NCBI GenBank assembly: GCA_964016885.1
Contig: OZ024748.1
Location: 9,548,001 to 9,612,000, forward strand
DNA: 64,000 bases
Source: Eledone cirrhosa
Lineage: Eukaryota
Direction of reading: 5' to 3'
Shown: piece by piece, positions 42,723 through 55,978 of the stretch
Layout: each line of letters begins with the position of its first letter
Position numbering within the stretch: position 1 is the first letter of the stretch
The notes under the pieces: generated by a model
The model's input: the letters and a program-made list of their open reading frames with translations, nothing else
Databases searched by the model: none
What the model was told of the DNA's origin: nothing
Made by a program: the position numbers and the translations under genes

Positions 42723-43184
42723 TAAAATATAAAATAATTTTGAGATAAAATAATTTTGAGATAATATAAAATAATTTTGAGATAGAGTGTCCGTGCTGTT
42801 TGCTCGGATCCGAGCAAACAGCACGGACACTCTATCTCAAAATTATTTTTGAAAAGCATTTAGAAATGCGCAACCGGTAAAAACTTAAAAACTTAAAACC
42901 ACAACTGAATACTAACCCATACAATCACTAATACTCTTTTATTCCTAATTAAACCATTTTTCAACTGTGAACAATTTGTCAGCATTTTCTATTCCGTTTA
43001 CCAATATATATATATATATATATTGGTAAATGTGAATACCAGACTAATGCATACGTAACACCAAAGATTATATACTATCAATATAACTCTCAGAACCGAA
43101 TCTATGGCAGAACCAGAGAAAAAAATCCTTGACCTGGAAGAAACATAACTTGGAATCAAAAAGTCTTAAAGTCAACTTAGCAAA

Positions 43185-43640
43185 GAGGTTTGTCTGAGAT
43201 GACAATGGTGTACTTGCCCTCACTGACACTAAAAAGAAAGTAGCATGGAAGTCCCATTATGAAAGACTGCTGAATGAGAAGAATGCAAGGAAGGAAAATA
43301 GTCTTCCCTATGTTGAGTGGACAGAGGGAGCCACCATGCAAGTTAGCATCTGTGTAGTAAGTTAGGTCATTAAAGACATGAAGACAGGCAAATCAAAAGG
43401 ACCATTAGGGGTTAGATGCTGAGGTGCTGAAAATATCTTGGATAACAAGTCATGCCATAACACACCACACCCCCCACACATCTTTATTGTAAATGAGGTA
43501 ATAAAAAATAGCATCATACCCAATGACTGACATAGCATCATCATTGTCAACTGCTACAAGAGCAAAGGGGATGCATTAGACAGCGGAAACTATAGCGGCA
43601 TCAAGTTGATGAACCAGGTCATGAAAGTTACAGAGTTACG
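43185..43640 (+). mobile_element. RTE-clade LINE fragment (RT N-terminal part)
   Basis: WKSHYERLLNE...MKTGKSKGP...YKSKGDALDSGNYSGIKLMNQVMKV. Confidence 0.8.
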
Positions 43641-44169
43641 AGCAGAAAAACCACCCTGGGGTAGTTTTCTGCTAACATGTGTAGTGTGTATATTGATATT
43701 ATACACAAATATATATACATGTAGATATGATACATCAAATAAAATCGTAATTGACAATATACACAGAAATTGAACGAAGTCTACGTTACACTGTCTTCTG
43801 TAATCAGTAACGTAATCCATGATACATTTTAAAAAAGACGATATTATATATAAACTGCATTAGGAGAAAATTAGCGACGGAAATATGTGTGATATTTTTA
43901 TAAGTGTTATAATATAACGGCCGCTAACCGGAAGTGTTGACATTTGAAAATTTTAAAGAAGTGAATCTTTAAATAAGCTATAAAATATATTTAATCAACA
44001 GCCACAAAATTTAGCACATAAATTATGTAATATTCACTCATTATTTATTCAAAGTAATCCAACTTATTTTACAAACGGGGTAAAAAAATATATTCTGGAC
44101 GCAGTCCCGCACTCCTTACTTTATTATAGTTTAGATTGCAGATTAGGGACCAAATTAACTTGGATTTTA

Positions 44170-44285
44170 TGAAGTTTGGAGTTGTGCCAGGTAAAAGTGC
44201 CACAGTCACAGCCCATGTTTCATTACCATGCAGCATCACATTTCACACTCAGGTGTCATACAGCCATCCTTTTTGTACGCAGGGA
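44170..44285 (-). mobile_element. RTE LINE fragment (similar piece at ~56030-56135)
   Basis: Minus strand reads VMLHGNETWAVT. Confidence 0.65.
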
Positions 44286-44411
44286 GATGATGATAATGAT
44301 GATACATACACTCACACACACTCACATTCACACATACACTCACACACACACATACACACATGTTGTTCATTGTTTTATTGACTTTTCTCCTCCTCTTCCT
44401 CCTCCTTCCAG

Positions 44412-44523
44412 ATGAGTGCCTCAGATTACGAGCAGCAGGTTTGGACTCCCATCTGCTCAATGTCTTTATACCAAAGTGTGAACAAGATGGCACCTATACA
44501 GCAGTACAATGCCATTCCAATGG
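44412..44523 (+). CDS. Thyroglobulin type-1 domain protein, exon 2 (NECLRLRAAGLDSHLLNVFIPKCEQDGTYTAVQCHSNG)
   Basis: Polypyrimidine tract + CAG ending 44411, GTAAGT at 44524. Tg1 motif C...F-I-P-x-C-x-x-D-G-x-Y-x-x-V-Q-C. Confidence 0.9.
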
Positions 44524-44642
44524 GTAAGTGCCAGACATTCTCTACAATATAATCTACAACCTTCCTCAACTTCTTGTGTATGTGTGTGTGTATATATATC
44601 TATGTATATATATACACACACACATATATATACATATATACA

Positions 44643-44804
44643 AAGTAAAATTCCGTTATAACGAATTTTTAAGAATAACGAAATGTCTTTCAATCCCTGA
44701 CGTAACAAACCCTCGATTTGTTTATTTCGGTCGATCTCGTTATAAAGTATTTTTCATTACAACAAATATGTTTTATACCTTATGAATTTCGTTATAATGG
44801 AATT

Positions 44805-44809
<5 letters not shown>
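44643..44809. mobile_element. Tigger/pogo-like MITE
   Basis: TIRs agtaaaattccgttataacgaa / ttcgttataatggaatttcact in TA context. Confidence 0.7.
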
Positions 44810-44866
<57 letters not shown>

Positions 44867-44868
44867 TT

Positions 44869-44899
<31 letters not shown>

Positions 44900-45441
44900 A
44901 TATGGAAGATGACTTGTATGTGTATGCTTGTGCATGACATGTGAGTGTGTGAGAGAAGATACTGGAAGGCTTTTAATCAATATGCCTTTGATATGGTTAC
45001 ACACAAGCATACTAAAACTACTGAAGCACAAACTTACACTCCCCCACATACACATTAACATATATATATATACACACAATAGAGAATGTCCTCATTTACA
45101 TGTTTGTAGTGAGCCGGTCAGAGAGAGAGAGAAAGAGAGCTAGAGAGGGAGAAATCCAGAGAGAGAGAGGGAGAAATCCAGAGAGAGAGAGGGTGGGAGA
45201 GCCAGAGAGAGGGAGGGAGAAAGCAAGAGAGAGAGAGGGAGAAAGCAAGAGGGAGAGGGAGAGAACCAGAGCAGGAGAAAGAGAGATTTAGGCACCAGAA
45301 TCAATATATGGAAATAATAATACATGAGAAGGCTGATAAGGGAGGACAACCAACTATTTACAGTTTAAATATGTCTGCCATATATTTACAATAGGTCCAT
45401 CATATCCCTGCATGTTATGCTGGAGATATATATATACACAC

Positions 45442-45508
<67 letters not shown>

Positions 45509-46165
45509 ACAGAATTAAGAAAATAACATGCGACAATATACATGTATACATGTACAGAAAAATATATATACATGTATACATGTATATTATCATCATCACC
45601 ACGTTAAATGATGATGATGATGATGATGATTATAATATTCTCGTACATGCATGTGTATATATTCATATATATATATTCATGTGTATATATTCTCATACAT
45701 GCATACATGTACATATATTCATATACATGCATACATGTGTATATATACATGTACATGTATATATGTACATATACATGTATATATGTACATATACACATGT
45801 GTATATATACATGTACATGTATATATGTACATATACACATGTGTATATATACATGTACATGTATGCATGTACACGTATATATGTACATGTATATATGTAC
45901 ATGCATACATGTATATAGTCACATGTTATTTTGTTAATTCTGCTGCAGTAGTTGAGTGTTTCATTCCATTTAATATCAACAATGCATGTCTGCTTAAGTT
46001 GCCATGGTAACTAGTAACACTGCAGAAAGAATGAGGAATTGGCAACAGGCACCTAACCTCTGTAAACACCTCATACATCAATCTTACAACACTGGCTATG
46101 CATGCTCACTTGAGATGCTAGAAATAATAGCTAAATTTACCTCAAAGTTCACCCTACTCTCTTAA

Positions 46166-47367
46166 CCCTTTAGCATTTACATTACTCTATATATACTATT
46201 GTATTTTCACAGTAAAGGCTTTACCTCACATAATATCACACATAACATCTACATTACTCTATATATACTATTGTATTTTCACAGTAAAGGCTTTACCTCA
46301 CATAATATCTCACATAACATTTACATTACTCTATATATACTATTGTATTTTCACAGTAAAGGCTTTACCTCACATAATATCTCACATAACATCTACATTA
46401 CTCTATATATACTATTGTATTTTCACAGTAAAGGCTTTACCTCACATAATATCTCACATAACATTTACATTACTCTATATATACTATTGTATTTTCACAG
46501 TAAAGGCTTTACCTCACATAATATCTCACATAACATCTACATTACTCTATATATACTATTGTATTTTCCCAGTAAAGACTTTACCTCACATAATATCTCA
46601 CATAACATCTACATTACTCTATATATACTATTGTATGTTCACAGTAAAGGCTTTACCTCACATAATATCTCACATGACATCTACATTACTCTATATATAC
46701 TATTGTATGTTCACAGTAAAGACTTTACCTCACATAATATCTCACATAACATCTACATTACTCTATATATACTATTGTATTTTCACAGTAAAGACTTTAC
46801 CTCACATAATATCTCACATAACATCTACATTACTCTATATATACTATTGTATTTTCACAGTAAAGGCTTTACCTCACATAATATCTCACATAACATCTAC
46901 ATTACTCTATATATACTATTGTATGTTCACAGTAAAGGCTTTACCTCACATAATATCTCACATAACATCTACATTACTCTATATATACTATTGTATTTTC
47001 ACAGTAAAGGCTTTACCTCACATAATATCTCACATAACATCTACATTACTCTATATATACTATTGTATTTTCACAGTAAAGGCTTTACCTCACATAATAT
47101 CTCACATAACATTTACATTACTCTATATATACTATTGTATAATATCTCACATAACATTTATATTACTCTATATATACTGTTGTATTTTCACAGTAAAGGT
47201 TTTACCTCACATAAATATCTCACATAATATTGAATCTATGAGATTTTGATGTTATTTATTTTGAGAACAATATCTTAACATCAGTATGAGTTGCCTGTTA
47301 CAGCAGGTTTGAACAGAAAGAGGTGAAAGAGTTCTGGCCGGATATGAGCAGTTTAAATGCTAAAGGT
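46166..47367. mobile_element. piggyBac-like MITE containing a 72-bp tandem array
   Basis: TTAA-ccctttagcattta ... taaatgctaaaggt-TTAA. Confidence 0.75.
46177..47230. repeat. 72-bp minisatellite, ~14 copies
   Basis: tacattactctatatatactattgtattttcacagtaaaggctttacctcacataatatctcacataacatc. Confidence 0.95.
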
Positions 47368-48084
47368 TTAATATGTTGTATTATTGCAGGCATGACTGAG
47401 GGCATGTAATATCTTGTGTAGATATTTTTATTATTATATCCTCTCATTAACTGAAGGTTTGTCAGTGGAATTGTGTAGGCAGAAGCTATGTGGAAGCCCA
47501 TCAGATTGATTGAATATAGCTGTAATCTAAAGGTCCAGCCTTGTCACATTGTTTCACCTAGTGCTGTTTGAGAAGTATCCTCTCTGAGTTCAAATCCAGT
47601 CAAAATCAACTTTGCCTTTCATCGAGATTTGATTCACATTTGTTTAATGTTGCAGAAAATGGAGTTAAGTACAAAACACTGAGTTGACATTGGTTTGTGA
47701 AAGGAAGGAAGGGAGGAGTTCTCATACAGCTGCCATGACAACTGGAATGTGACAAAAATCAGTGACTAGATGCCATAGGCAAGAGAACACACTGTAAGCT
47801 GGTATAGAAGATGGTGATGATGTTGATGATAATCCTCAACATCACCACCATCATCATTATCATGAGATGGCAATGTAGAAAACATGTGAGTTAGTGTAAA
47901 AGATGGTAGTTGAGATAATAAGTGAGATAATAGTTGAGATGATAGCTGTTAGATAATAGTCGAGATGATAGCTGTTAGATAATAGTTGAGATGATAGCTG
48001 TTAGATGTGATTGAGATAAAGATTCATTGATGAAAAGATAAACAGAGAGAGAGAGACAGACAGACAGACAAATGGAGAGAGAGA

Positions 48085-49672
48085 GAGCTATGAGAGAGGG
48101 AAGCAGAATGAGAGAGAGAGAGAGCTATAATGAGAGAGGGAGAGCTATAATGAGAGAGGGAGAGCTATAATGAGAGAGAGAGAGGGAGATATAATGAGAG
48201 AGGGGGGGCTATAATGAGAGAGAGAGAGGGAGCTATAATGAGAGAGAGAGAGGGAGCTATAATGAGAGAGAGAGCTATAATGAGAGAGAGAGGGGGAGGT
48301 ATAATGAGAAAGAGAGAGCTATAATGAGAGCGGGAGCTATAATAAGAGAGAGGAAGGCAGAATGAGAGAGAGAGAGGGAGCTATAATGAGAGAGAGAGGG
48401 AGCTATAATAAGAGAGAGAGGGAACTATAATAAGAGAGAGAGGGAACTATAATAAGAGAGAGAGGGAGCTATAATGAGAGAGAGAGGGAGCTATAATGAG
48501 AGAGAGAGAGAGAGAGCTATAATAAGAGAGAGAGGGAGCTATAATAAGAGAGAGAGGGAGCTATAATAAGAGAGAGAGGGAGCTATAATGAGAAAGAGAG
48601 GGAGCTATAATGAGAGAGAGGGAGGTAGAATGAGAGAGAGAGAGAGCTATAATGGGAGAGAGAGGGAGCTATAATGAGAGAGAGAAGGAGCTATAATGAG
48701 AGAGAGAGAGCTATAATGAGAGAGAGAGAGAGCTATAATGAGAGAGAGAGAGCTATAATGAGAGAGAGAGGGAGCTATAATAAGAGAGAGAGGGAGCTAT
48801 AATGAGAGAGAAGGAGGTAGAATGAGAGAGAGAGAGAGAGAGCTATAATGAGAGAGAGAGAGAGCTATAATGAGAGAGAGAGGGGGAGCTATAATGAGAG
48901 AGAGGGAGGTAGAATGAGAGAGAGAGAGCTATAATGAGAGAGAGAGGGCGCTATAATGAGAAAGAGAGGGAGCTATAATGAGAGAGAGAGAGAGAGAGCT
49001 ATAATAAGAGAGAGGGAGGTAGAATGAGAGAGAGAGAGAGCTATAATGAGAGAGAGAGGGAGCTATAATGAGAGAGAGAGAGAGCTATAATGAGAGAGAG
49101 AGAGAGCTATAATGAGAGAGAGAGAGGGAGCTATAATGAGAGGGAGAGGGAGCTATAATGAGAGGGAGAGGGAGCTATAATGAGAAAGAGAGGGAGCTAT
49201 AATGAGAGAGAGAGCTATAATGAGAGAGAGAGAGAGAGAGCTATAATGAGAGAGAGAGAGGGAGCTATAATGAGAGAGAGAGAGCTATAATGAGAGAGAG
49301 AGAGCTATAATGAGAGAGAGAGGGAGCTATAATGAGAGAGAGAGGGAGCTATAATGAGAGAGAGAGCTATAATGAGAGAGAGAGCTATAATGAGAGAGAG
49401 AGAGAGCTATAATGAGAGAGAGAGAGCTATAATGAGAGAAAGAGAGAGCTATAATGAGAGAGAGAGAGCTATAATGAGAGAGAGAGAGAGCTATAATGAG
49501 AGAGAGAGAGAGCTATAATGAGAGAGAGAGAGCTATAATGAGAGAGAGAGAGGGAGCTATAATGAGAGAGAGAGCTATAATGAGAGGGAGAAGGAGCTAT
49601 AATGAGAGAGAGAGCTATGAGAGAGAGAGAGCTATAATGAGAGAGAGAGGGAGCTATAATGAGAGAGAGAGG
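48085..49672. repeat. Compound minisatellite [GAGCTATAAT-(GA)n]
   Basis: Directly visible, ~70 units. Confidence 0.95.
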
Positions 49673-49931
49673 GAGCCAGAAGGAGAAAGATTGACAGAGA
49701 GAGAGAGGGGGGAGATCATGCATTTTTGATGAAGTCCTGGATTTCCATTTTTTTTTTTTGAAGTTTACCAAGATCAAATTTTGTTCTGGGTTCTGTCGTC
49801 TTTGGTATCCCCTGCAATGGTGTCCCAGGAATATCTCAGAGATTATCACTCTACACATTGTGGAAATGTGATTCCAGTTCTTCCTTGCTGCATGTCACCA
49901 TTTCTACTCTCTTGAAACAGTCCATTATTGT

Positions 49932-50119
49932 CGGTGAATTGGCAGTATCGGTAGAGGGTTGGACGCCATGCTTTCTAGCATAGTTACGTCCCTTTACAGT
50001 CTGAGTTCAAATCCCGCCGAGGTTAACTTTGCCTTTCATCCTTACGGGGTCGATAAAATAAAGTACCAGTAATGTACTGGGTAATTGCTGGCCTTGTGCC
50101 TAAAGTAGAAACAATTATT
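49932..50119 (+). mobile_element. tRNA-derived SINE, second family
   Basis: Close copy of 38330-38521. Confidence 0.85.
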
Positions 50120-50819
50120 GTAAGGATCTTCAACAAACCCTTGACACTGCCACCGGAGCTCTCGTCTTTCCTTTCTTCTCTCAATTTACATTTCTTAATA
50201 TTCTTACATTTTCAAAGGTTTCTTTTCTTCTCTTACTTCACTCCATCTACACCTCCCTCTTCTATGAGGTGACTCCTCCCACCTTTACCTCCTTCTTTTC
50301 AACTCCACTTAAAATATTTCCTCCCCTGTCTTAGATTCAACCAGGAAGTATCCGGAGCTCTTCTTCAACTAACAGTGGTCTTTCATCTTCTTCAGTGCTG
50401 CACATTTCAACACCTTGTAGGTAGACAACAGTTCATTTGCATCAGGCCATCTGATCTTCATTCCCTTGCCCTCACTACCCTCTTCAGGAACATTGACCGA
50501 TGTATTTCCTCGGTACTGTCAATGTTTATCTTCTGACATTGCAATTCTACATATATCATCTTGACTTAAGGATTCAAAGACATCAGAGAACCAAACTGCT
50601 TCCCCCAGTTCATCTATTCAAGTATGGAGTTGCATGTCAAGGCATAAAACACTCCGCAAGAGCAACAAAATTATTATCCATTGACCGACAGAAGATCTGT
50701 AAAGATGTTTCTTTGTATAATTATAATCAATATGTCTTAGTTTTTTTAGAATGAGATCAGTTATCTCAACAAAATTGTCTCATTCACCTAATCAAAGTCT
50801 GGGTTGTGTTTTCTTTCAG

Positions 50820-50905
50820 GTGTTACTGTGCCGATGAAATGGGTACCCCTATCACAGACATTGACATCAGTTTGGAAGAGGTCAAGAAAACAAATATGAA
50901 CTGCA
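50820..50905 (+). CDS. Thyroglobulin type-1 domain protein, exon 3 (CYCADEMGTPITDIDISLEEVKKTNMNC)
   Basis: ttttctttcag acceptor, GTAAG donor at 50906. Phase 2 in and phase 1 out fit both neighbours. CYCxD..G matches the Tg1 CWCV motif. Confidence 0.9.
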
Positions 50906-51386
50906 GTAAGTATTCTATTTGTTTTATATCAAACATTTAGTGAACAATGACTTATAGCAAGAGATCAATAACTGCCCCAGGTATAGATGTCTTTATTGAC
51001 ACTTGTCAAGGATTGACATCAAACAGATGAAATATAGGAAATTTGGGTTTTCTCTAAGTTACTCAAGCACACACACACTATGCACACAAACATATATATA
51101 TGTATATATGTATGTATGTATGTATATACTTACAGTAAACATGCTGACTAAGTGGGGCTGGGTATGTAATGCACCAATCAGTAAATAATGATGCAATTTC
51201 ATTCAAGCACTCAACGTCATATTTTTTCTTCCAAATATGATTTATCAGTCGGTGATAAAGAATTTGTAGAATAAGAGAAATGCAAAGTTTGGTGTAGATG
51301 TTACAGAGTTTACACCAAACTTCACATTCTCCTTACTCTATATATATATATACATACACACATTATATATATATATACATACACAC

Positions 51387-51425
<39 letters not shown>

Positions 51426-51610
51426 CAAATGTAATCTGAGTTTTTCGAATATCAATAATAACATTCGATTCGTTTGCAATTTTGCATGCCAACACAAGAG
51501 CAAGAATGAAGTGTTCATTCTACTGACATGGCTATAAAATTGAGGCTTGTTTGCAAAATTGCAAACGAGTCGAATGTTATTATTAGTATTCGAAAAACTC
51601 AGATTACATT

Positions 51611-51650
<40 letters not shown>

Positions 51651-52526
51651 CATCAGTAAGTATTGCCTAGACAAAATGCATACAATACCACACACACACA
51701 CATATATATTTAGTTGAAGATGGCAGCACTGCACCATTTTAACCAGGCAGCCACTATGTTTTCAGTTATCAATACCAATTGTTTTTCAATAAACTTCCAT
51801 TTCAGTTTAGTGTCTTTGAAATCGTTAGATCAATTTCTTGCTGTGTCTTTTGTCTGAATACACAAACGTGATGTAAAATTTGGTAATTTCCTCCTACTAC
51901 TTTAGTAATAAATCACAACAGAAGAAGAATCTATTGAGTCTTTTGTTCTGTGTCACACAGCTTCCATATATGAATTATAGCAATAATTGCTGCAGGATTC
52001 AGCTTCATTAATCACTCTTTTTCATTTATTTATTCTTCTATGTTTCACAAGTACTTCCACATCCTGCTGTTGACACGCACACACACATACAAACAGAAAT
52101 AGACCCGCACACACACACATACAAACAGAAATAGACCCACACACACACACACACACACAAACAGAAATAGTTATAATTAATATGATATATAGACAATGCT
52201 TGCTCTGTTCATCCGAAAAGCTTCACATCTGAAATATTGTCGAAATCATTCATTGCAGTAATAGGAAAACACAGTTTTGGCTGGGAAAACACATCAATAC
52301 AGTCTACATACAAAGGAAACAAACTTTACAAATTATCACTCTCTAAATATACATATATATATATACACACACACATATATAAATATATATACACACACAC
52401 ACAAATACATGTATACACACATATAAATACATATATATACACACACATACATATAAATATAAATATATATATACAAATATAAATATATATGTATATATAT
52501 AAATATATATATATATATTAAAATAC

Positions 52527-53130
52527 AAATATTAATAAAATAGATGTTCTTTTGATCAATTACATTTTATTATACATATTTCGGATGTACAACAGTACGT
52601 CCTCATCAGACAAAATATAATGATACATGACATACCCTGAGATGTTAATTGGCTAAGATTTAATCAAGGTAGTGATTAACCTAAGAGAAAATTTAACATT
52701 TATACCCTAATTATGAGAAAATGCGAAAACGTAATAAATTCAACAGAGGATGTGTGAGTAAGAAAAACGTTGCTTAATGTAACAGTTATAGAGATTTTAA
52801 AATGTATGATACTACAATTTATCTATGAAAACATCTCATGAATCGTAACAGCCAGTGATAGCCCCTGGAAAAGGATTAATAGAGAGGGAAAGATAAGGGG
52901 GGGGGGGGGGTGAATATGCAGAAGGAGATTTTTCCCGAAAGTTAAACGGTTAATTTTGAAAATATTTAATTTATAATTTTAGGGTGAAGAATCTAGATTT
53001 CGGGATTTTTTTGACGGTTATATATATTTCTATAAGGATTCTCTGGCTTACTGTTAACCTATAACTATTCCCATAGCAAATGAGAAATCTGTTTGATTGA
53101 ATCTGATTCAATTCTATCTATTCAGGAGGG
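52527..53130 (-). mobile_element. Penelope-like element 3' remnant ending in a hammerhead
   Basis: Intact hammerhead at 52561-52619. Upstream minus-strand HLLWE...RILIEIYI weakly resembles a GIY-YIG C-terminus. Confidence 0.5.
52561..52619 (-). ncRNA. Minimal type I hammerhead ribozyme (family A relative)
   Basis: Minus strand: tatattttgt-CTGATGA-ggacgtac-tgtt-gtacatcc-GAAA-tatgta-TA/ataaaatgta. Confidence 0.85.
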
Positions 53131-54293
53131 GGGGGGGGCTCATGTTTATGATTTGATTGACAGGTGGGGGTCGTGAGAGGTCGTTAGCTGAGGGGATTCT
53201 ATGGTGAGGCTAAGTCAAAACTAAGGAAAAACAAAATGAGGAGGGTGGAACCTGATGAAAGAATACAATCAATGACAAGACAAGAATGAAATGGAGGGAC
53301 ACATTGGTGAGTTAAGAATTGTTGTTTATCTACATCACAGGTTCCCAACCCTTTTTTTGTGTCATTGCCAATTGGTACACTGGGATATGTTACTAACTGC
53401 TTCAGTATAAATCTTGAGAAGCTGGACTTCACAGAACCAGAAAGATCACAGCTAATTAGGAAGTTACAAGTACAATCCATTAATGGAACAGTAAAAATAT
53501 GTAAAACATTTCAGAAGTTCAGCATGTAATAACTACATATACACATGTATAGACACAGAAGACATGCAGTCCACATATACACTAACCTGTACACACACAC
53601 TTTAACATAGAGACACACATACATATTTACCTAGTTGTTGTTGTCTAAATTCCAATGAAAGAGTTTTGTTTCTATGTTAGAAACTGACTTTCAATTAGTC
53701 GACATTTATAAAATAATACAACCAGAAGGACATACAGACAGACACGCATACATACACACACACGCATACATACAGACACACACGCATACATACACACATA
53801 ATTCCCCAAACCAAACACAAATACATGATTATTTAATGTGTTAAGTGAGTTAACACATTATATATATATATATATGTATAATATATGGCTGTGACTCCTG
53901 CATAAAAATGTCTAATACAATATGTCACTGGTTTAGAAATATTTACTCTGAGATAGTGGAATTCTCTCCGACTTAAATGATTTTATTTAATCAAACACAA
54001 CATGATTACTAGGACAAATCAACTTCAGAGCTTTCTAAATATGGAGAGTTATCCTAAGCTGAGTGTTTCTAACAATAGTTTCTTCGTTTTCGTTTGGTTT
54101 ATATTTTTTCTTTATCACCAATTAAGATGTTGCTATGGTGTGAAGCATAATCTGACTCCACATCTAGTTGCATTATGTGTGTGTACGGCATGTGAATCTC
54201 TCTCTCTGTATATATGTGTGTACGGCATGTGTATCTCTATATATATATGTGTGTATGTGTGTGTGTGTGTGTGTGTCTGTATGCCTGTGTATC

Positions 54294-54493
54294 NNNNNNN
54301 NNNNNNNNNNNNNNNNNNNNNNNNNNNNNNNNNNNNNNNNNNNNNNNNNNNNNNNNNNNNNNNNNNNNNNNNNNNNNNNNNNNNNNNNNNNNNNNNNNNN
54401 NNNNNNNNNNNNNNNNNNNNNNNNNNNNNNNNNNNNNNNNNNNNNNNNNNNNNNNNNNNNNNNNNNNNNNNNNNNNNNNNNNNNNNNNNNNNN
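54294..54493. other. Assembly gap (200 N)
   Basis: Run of n, inside the last coding intron of the Tg1 gene. Confidence 1.
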
Positions 54494-54555
<62 letters not shown>

Positions 54556-55729
54556 ATATATATATATGCACTCGGCTGGTGTGATTTTTTTTAATTCCAA
54601 ACAATGACACATGAAGCATTGAGTTCTGTTTGAAATGAATACTGCTCCACTTATACATTGAATAAAACTGAATATGTATGTATGTGTGATAGAGAGATAG
54701 AGATAGGACGAGAGAGGGGGAGTGTGTGATAGAGAGAGAGATAGAGATAGGACGAGAGAGGGGGAGTGTGTGATAGAGAGAGAGGACGAGAGAGAGGGTG
54801 TGAGAAAGGGATAGAAAATAATAGAGAGAGGAAGAAAAAGAGAGATAGGAATAGAGAAAGAAAGAGAGAAATAGAGAAAGAGAGAGAAATAGAGAAAGAA
54901 AGGGAGAGAAAGGTAGAGAGAAAGAGAGAGAAAGAGAGAGAGAGGTAGAGAGAAAGAAAGAGAGAGGTAGAGAGAAAGAGAGAGAGAGAGAGGAAGAGAG
55001 AGAGAGAGAGAGAAAGAGAGAGATAGGTAGAGAGAAAAAGAGATAGGTAGAGAGAAAGAGAGAGAGAGGGGTAGAGAGGTAGAGAGAAAGAAAGAGATAG
55101 GTAGAGAGAAAGAGAGAGAGAGGTAGAGAGGTAGAGAGAAAGAAAGAGATAGGTAGAGAGAAAGAAAGAGATAGGTAGACAGAAAGAGAGAGAGATAGAG
55201 AGGAAGAAAGAGATAGGTAGAGAGAAAGAGATAACATATAGCTTTCCATTTAACTATATTGACTCTCTCATCTTGGAGAAAAAACAACATAATGCTAAGT
55301 CCATTCTATGTTTAAGTAAAAAAAAAAAAAAGGAACTAACATCACAGATCAATATTGGCAAGAAATCTTTCACTCGGAACTTTTTGACCAGTTTTTTGTT
55401 AATTGTTAATCTTATTTTTTGTCAGGCTTTTTTTTTTTTTTTTACTTTTATTTTATTATTTATCTTAAAAAGTTTGGTATAAAAATACATTGTTGCTATA
55501 TGTGAAGAGTGGTAGTCTTATAATGGAGTAATACAGACTTGATTCTGTCATAGCCAAACGAGACACGATTCCATGCCTGACTGGTTTAGCTTTAGGAAGT
55601 ATTATTCATCTGTAACAATTCGATAATTCATAGAAATATTAAAACTGCATGAACCTTACATGCTGTGATAGTTGTAGAATGATGGATGTGAAAGTTGTAA
55701 AAAATAATATACTTCTTTTAGGATGGGAG

Positions 55730-55978
55730 CAAGAGAGAATGGTTGTTTGGCTCATTTCACAGCTCAAGTCACCAAGAGAGAATGGTTGTTTGGCTCATTT
55801 CACAGCTCAACAGACGAGTCATTGAGAAAGATACCAAGAGAGAATGGTTGTTTGGTTCATTTCACAGCTCAAGTCACCAAGAGAGAATGGTTGTTTGGCT
55901 CATTTCACAGCTCAACAGACGAGTCATTGAGAAAGATACCAAGAGAGAATGGTTGTTTGGCTCATTTCGCAGCTCAAG
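55730..55978. repeat. 108-bp / 42-bp tandem duplications
   Basis: caagagagaatggttgtttggctcatttcacagctcaa x5. Confidence 0.85.

Noticed and set aside
46199-47227. 342-aa ORF with 24-aa repeat
   Set aside because: 72-bp minisatellite inside a MITE within an intron.
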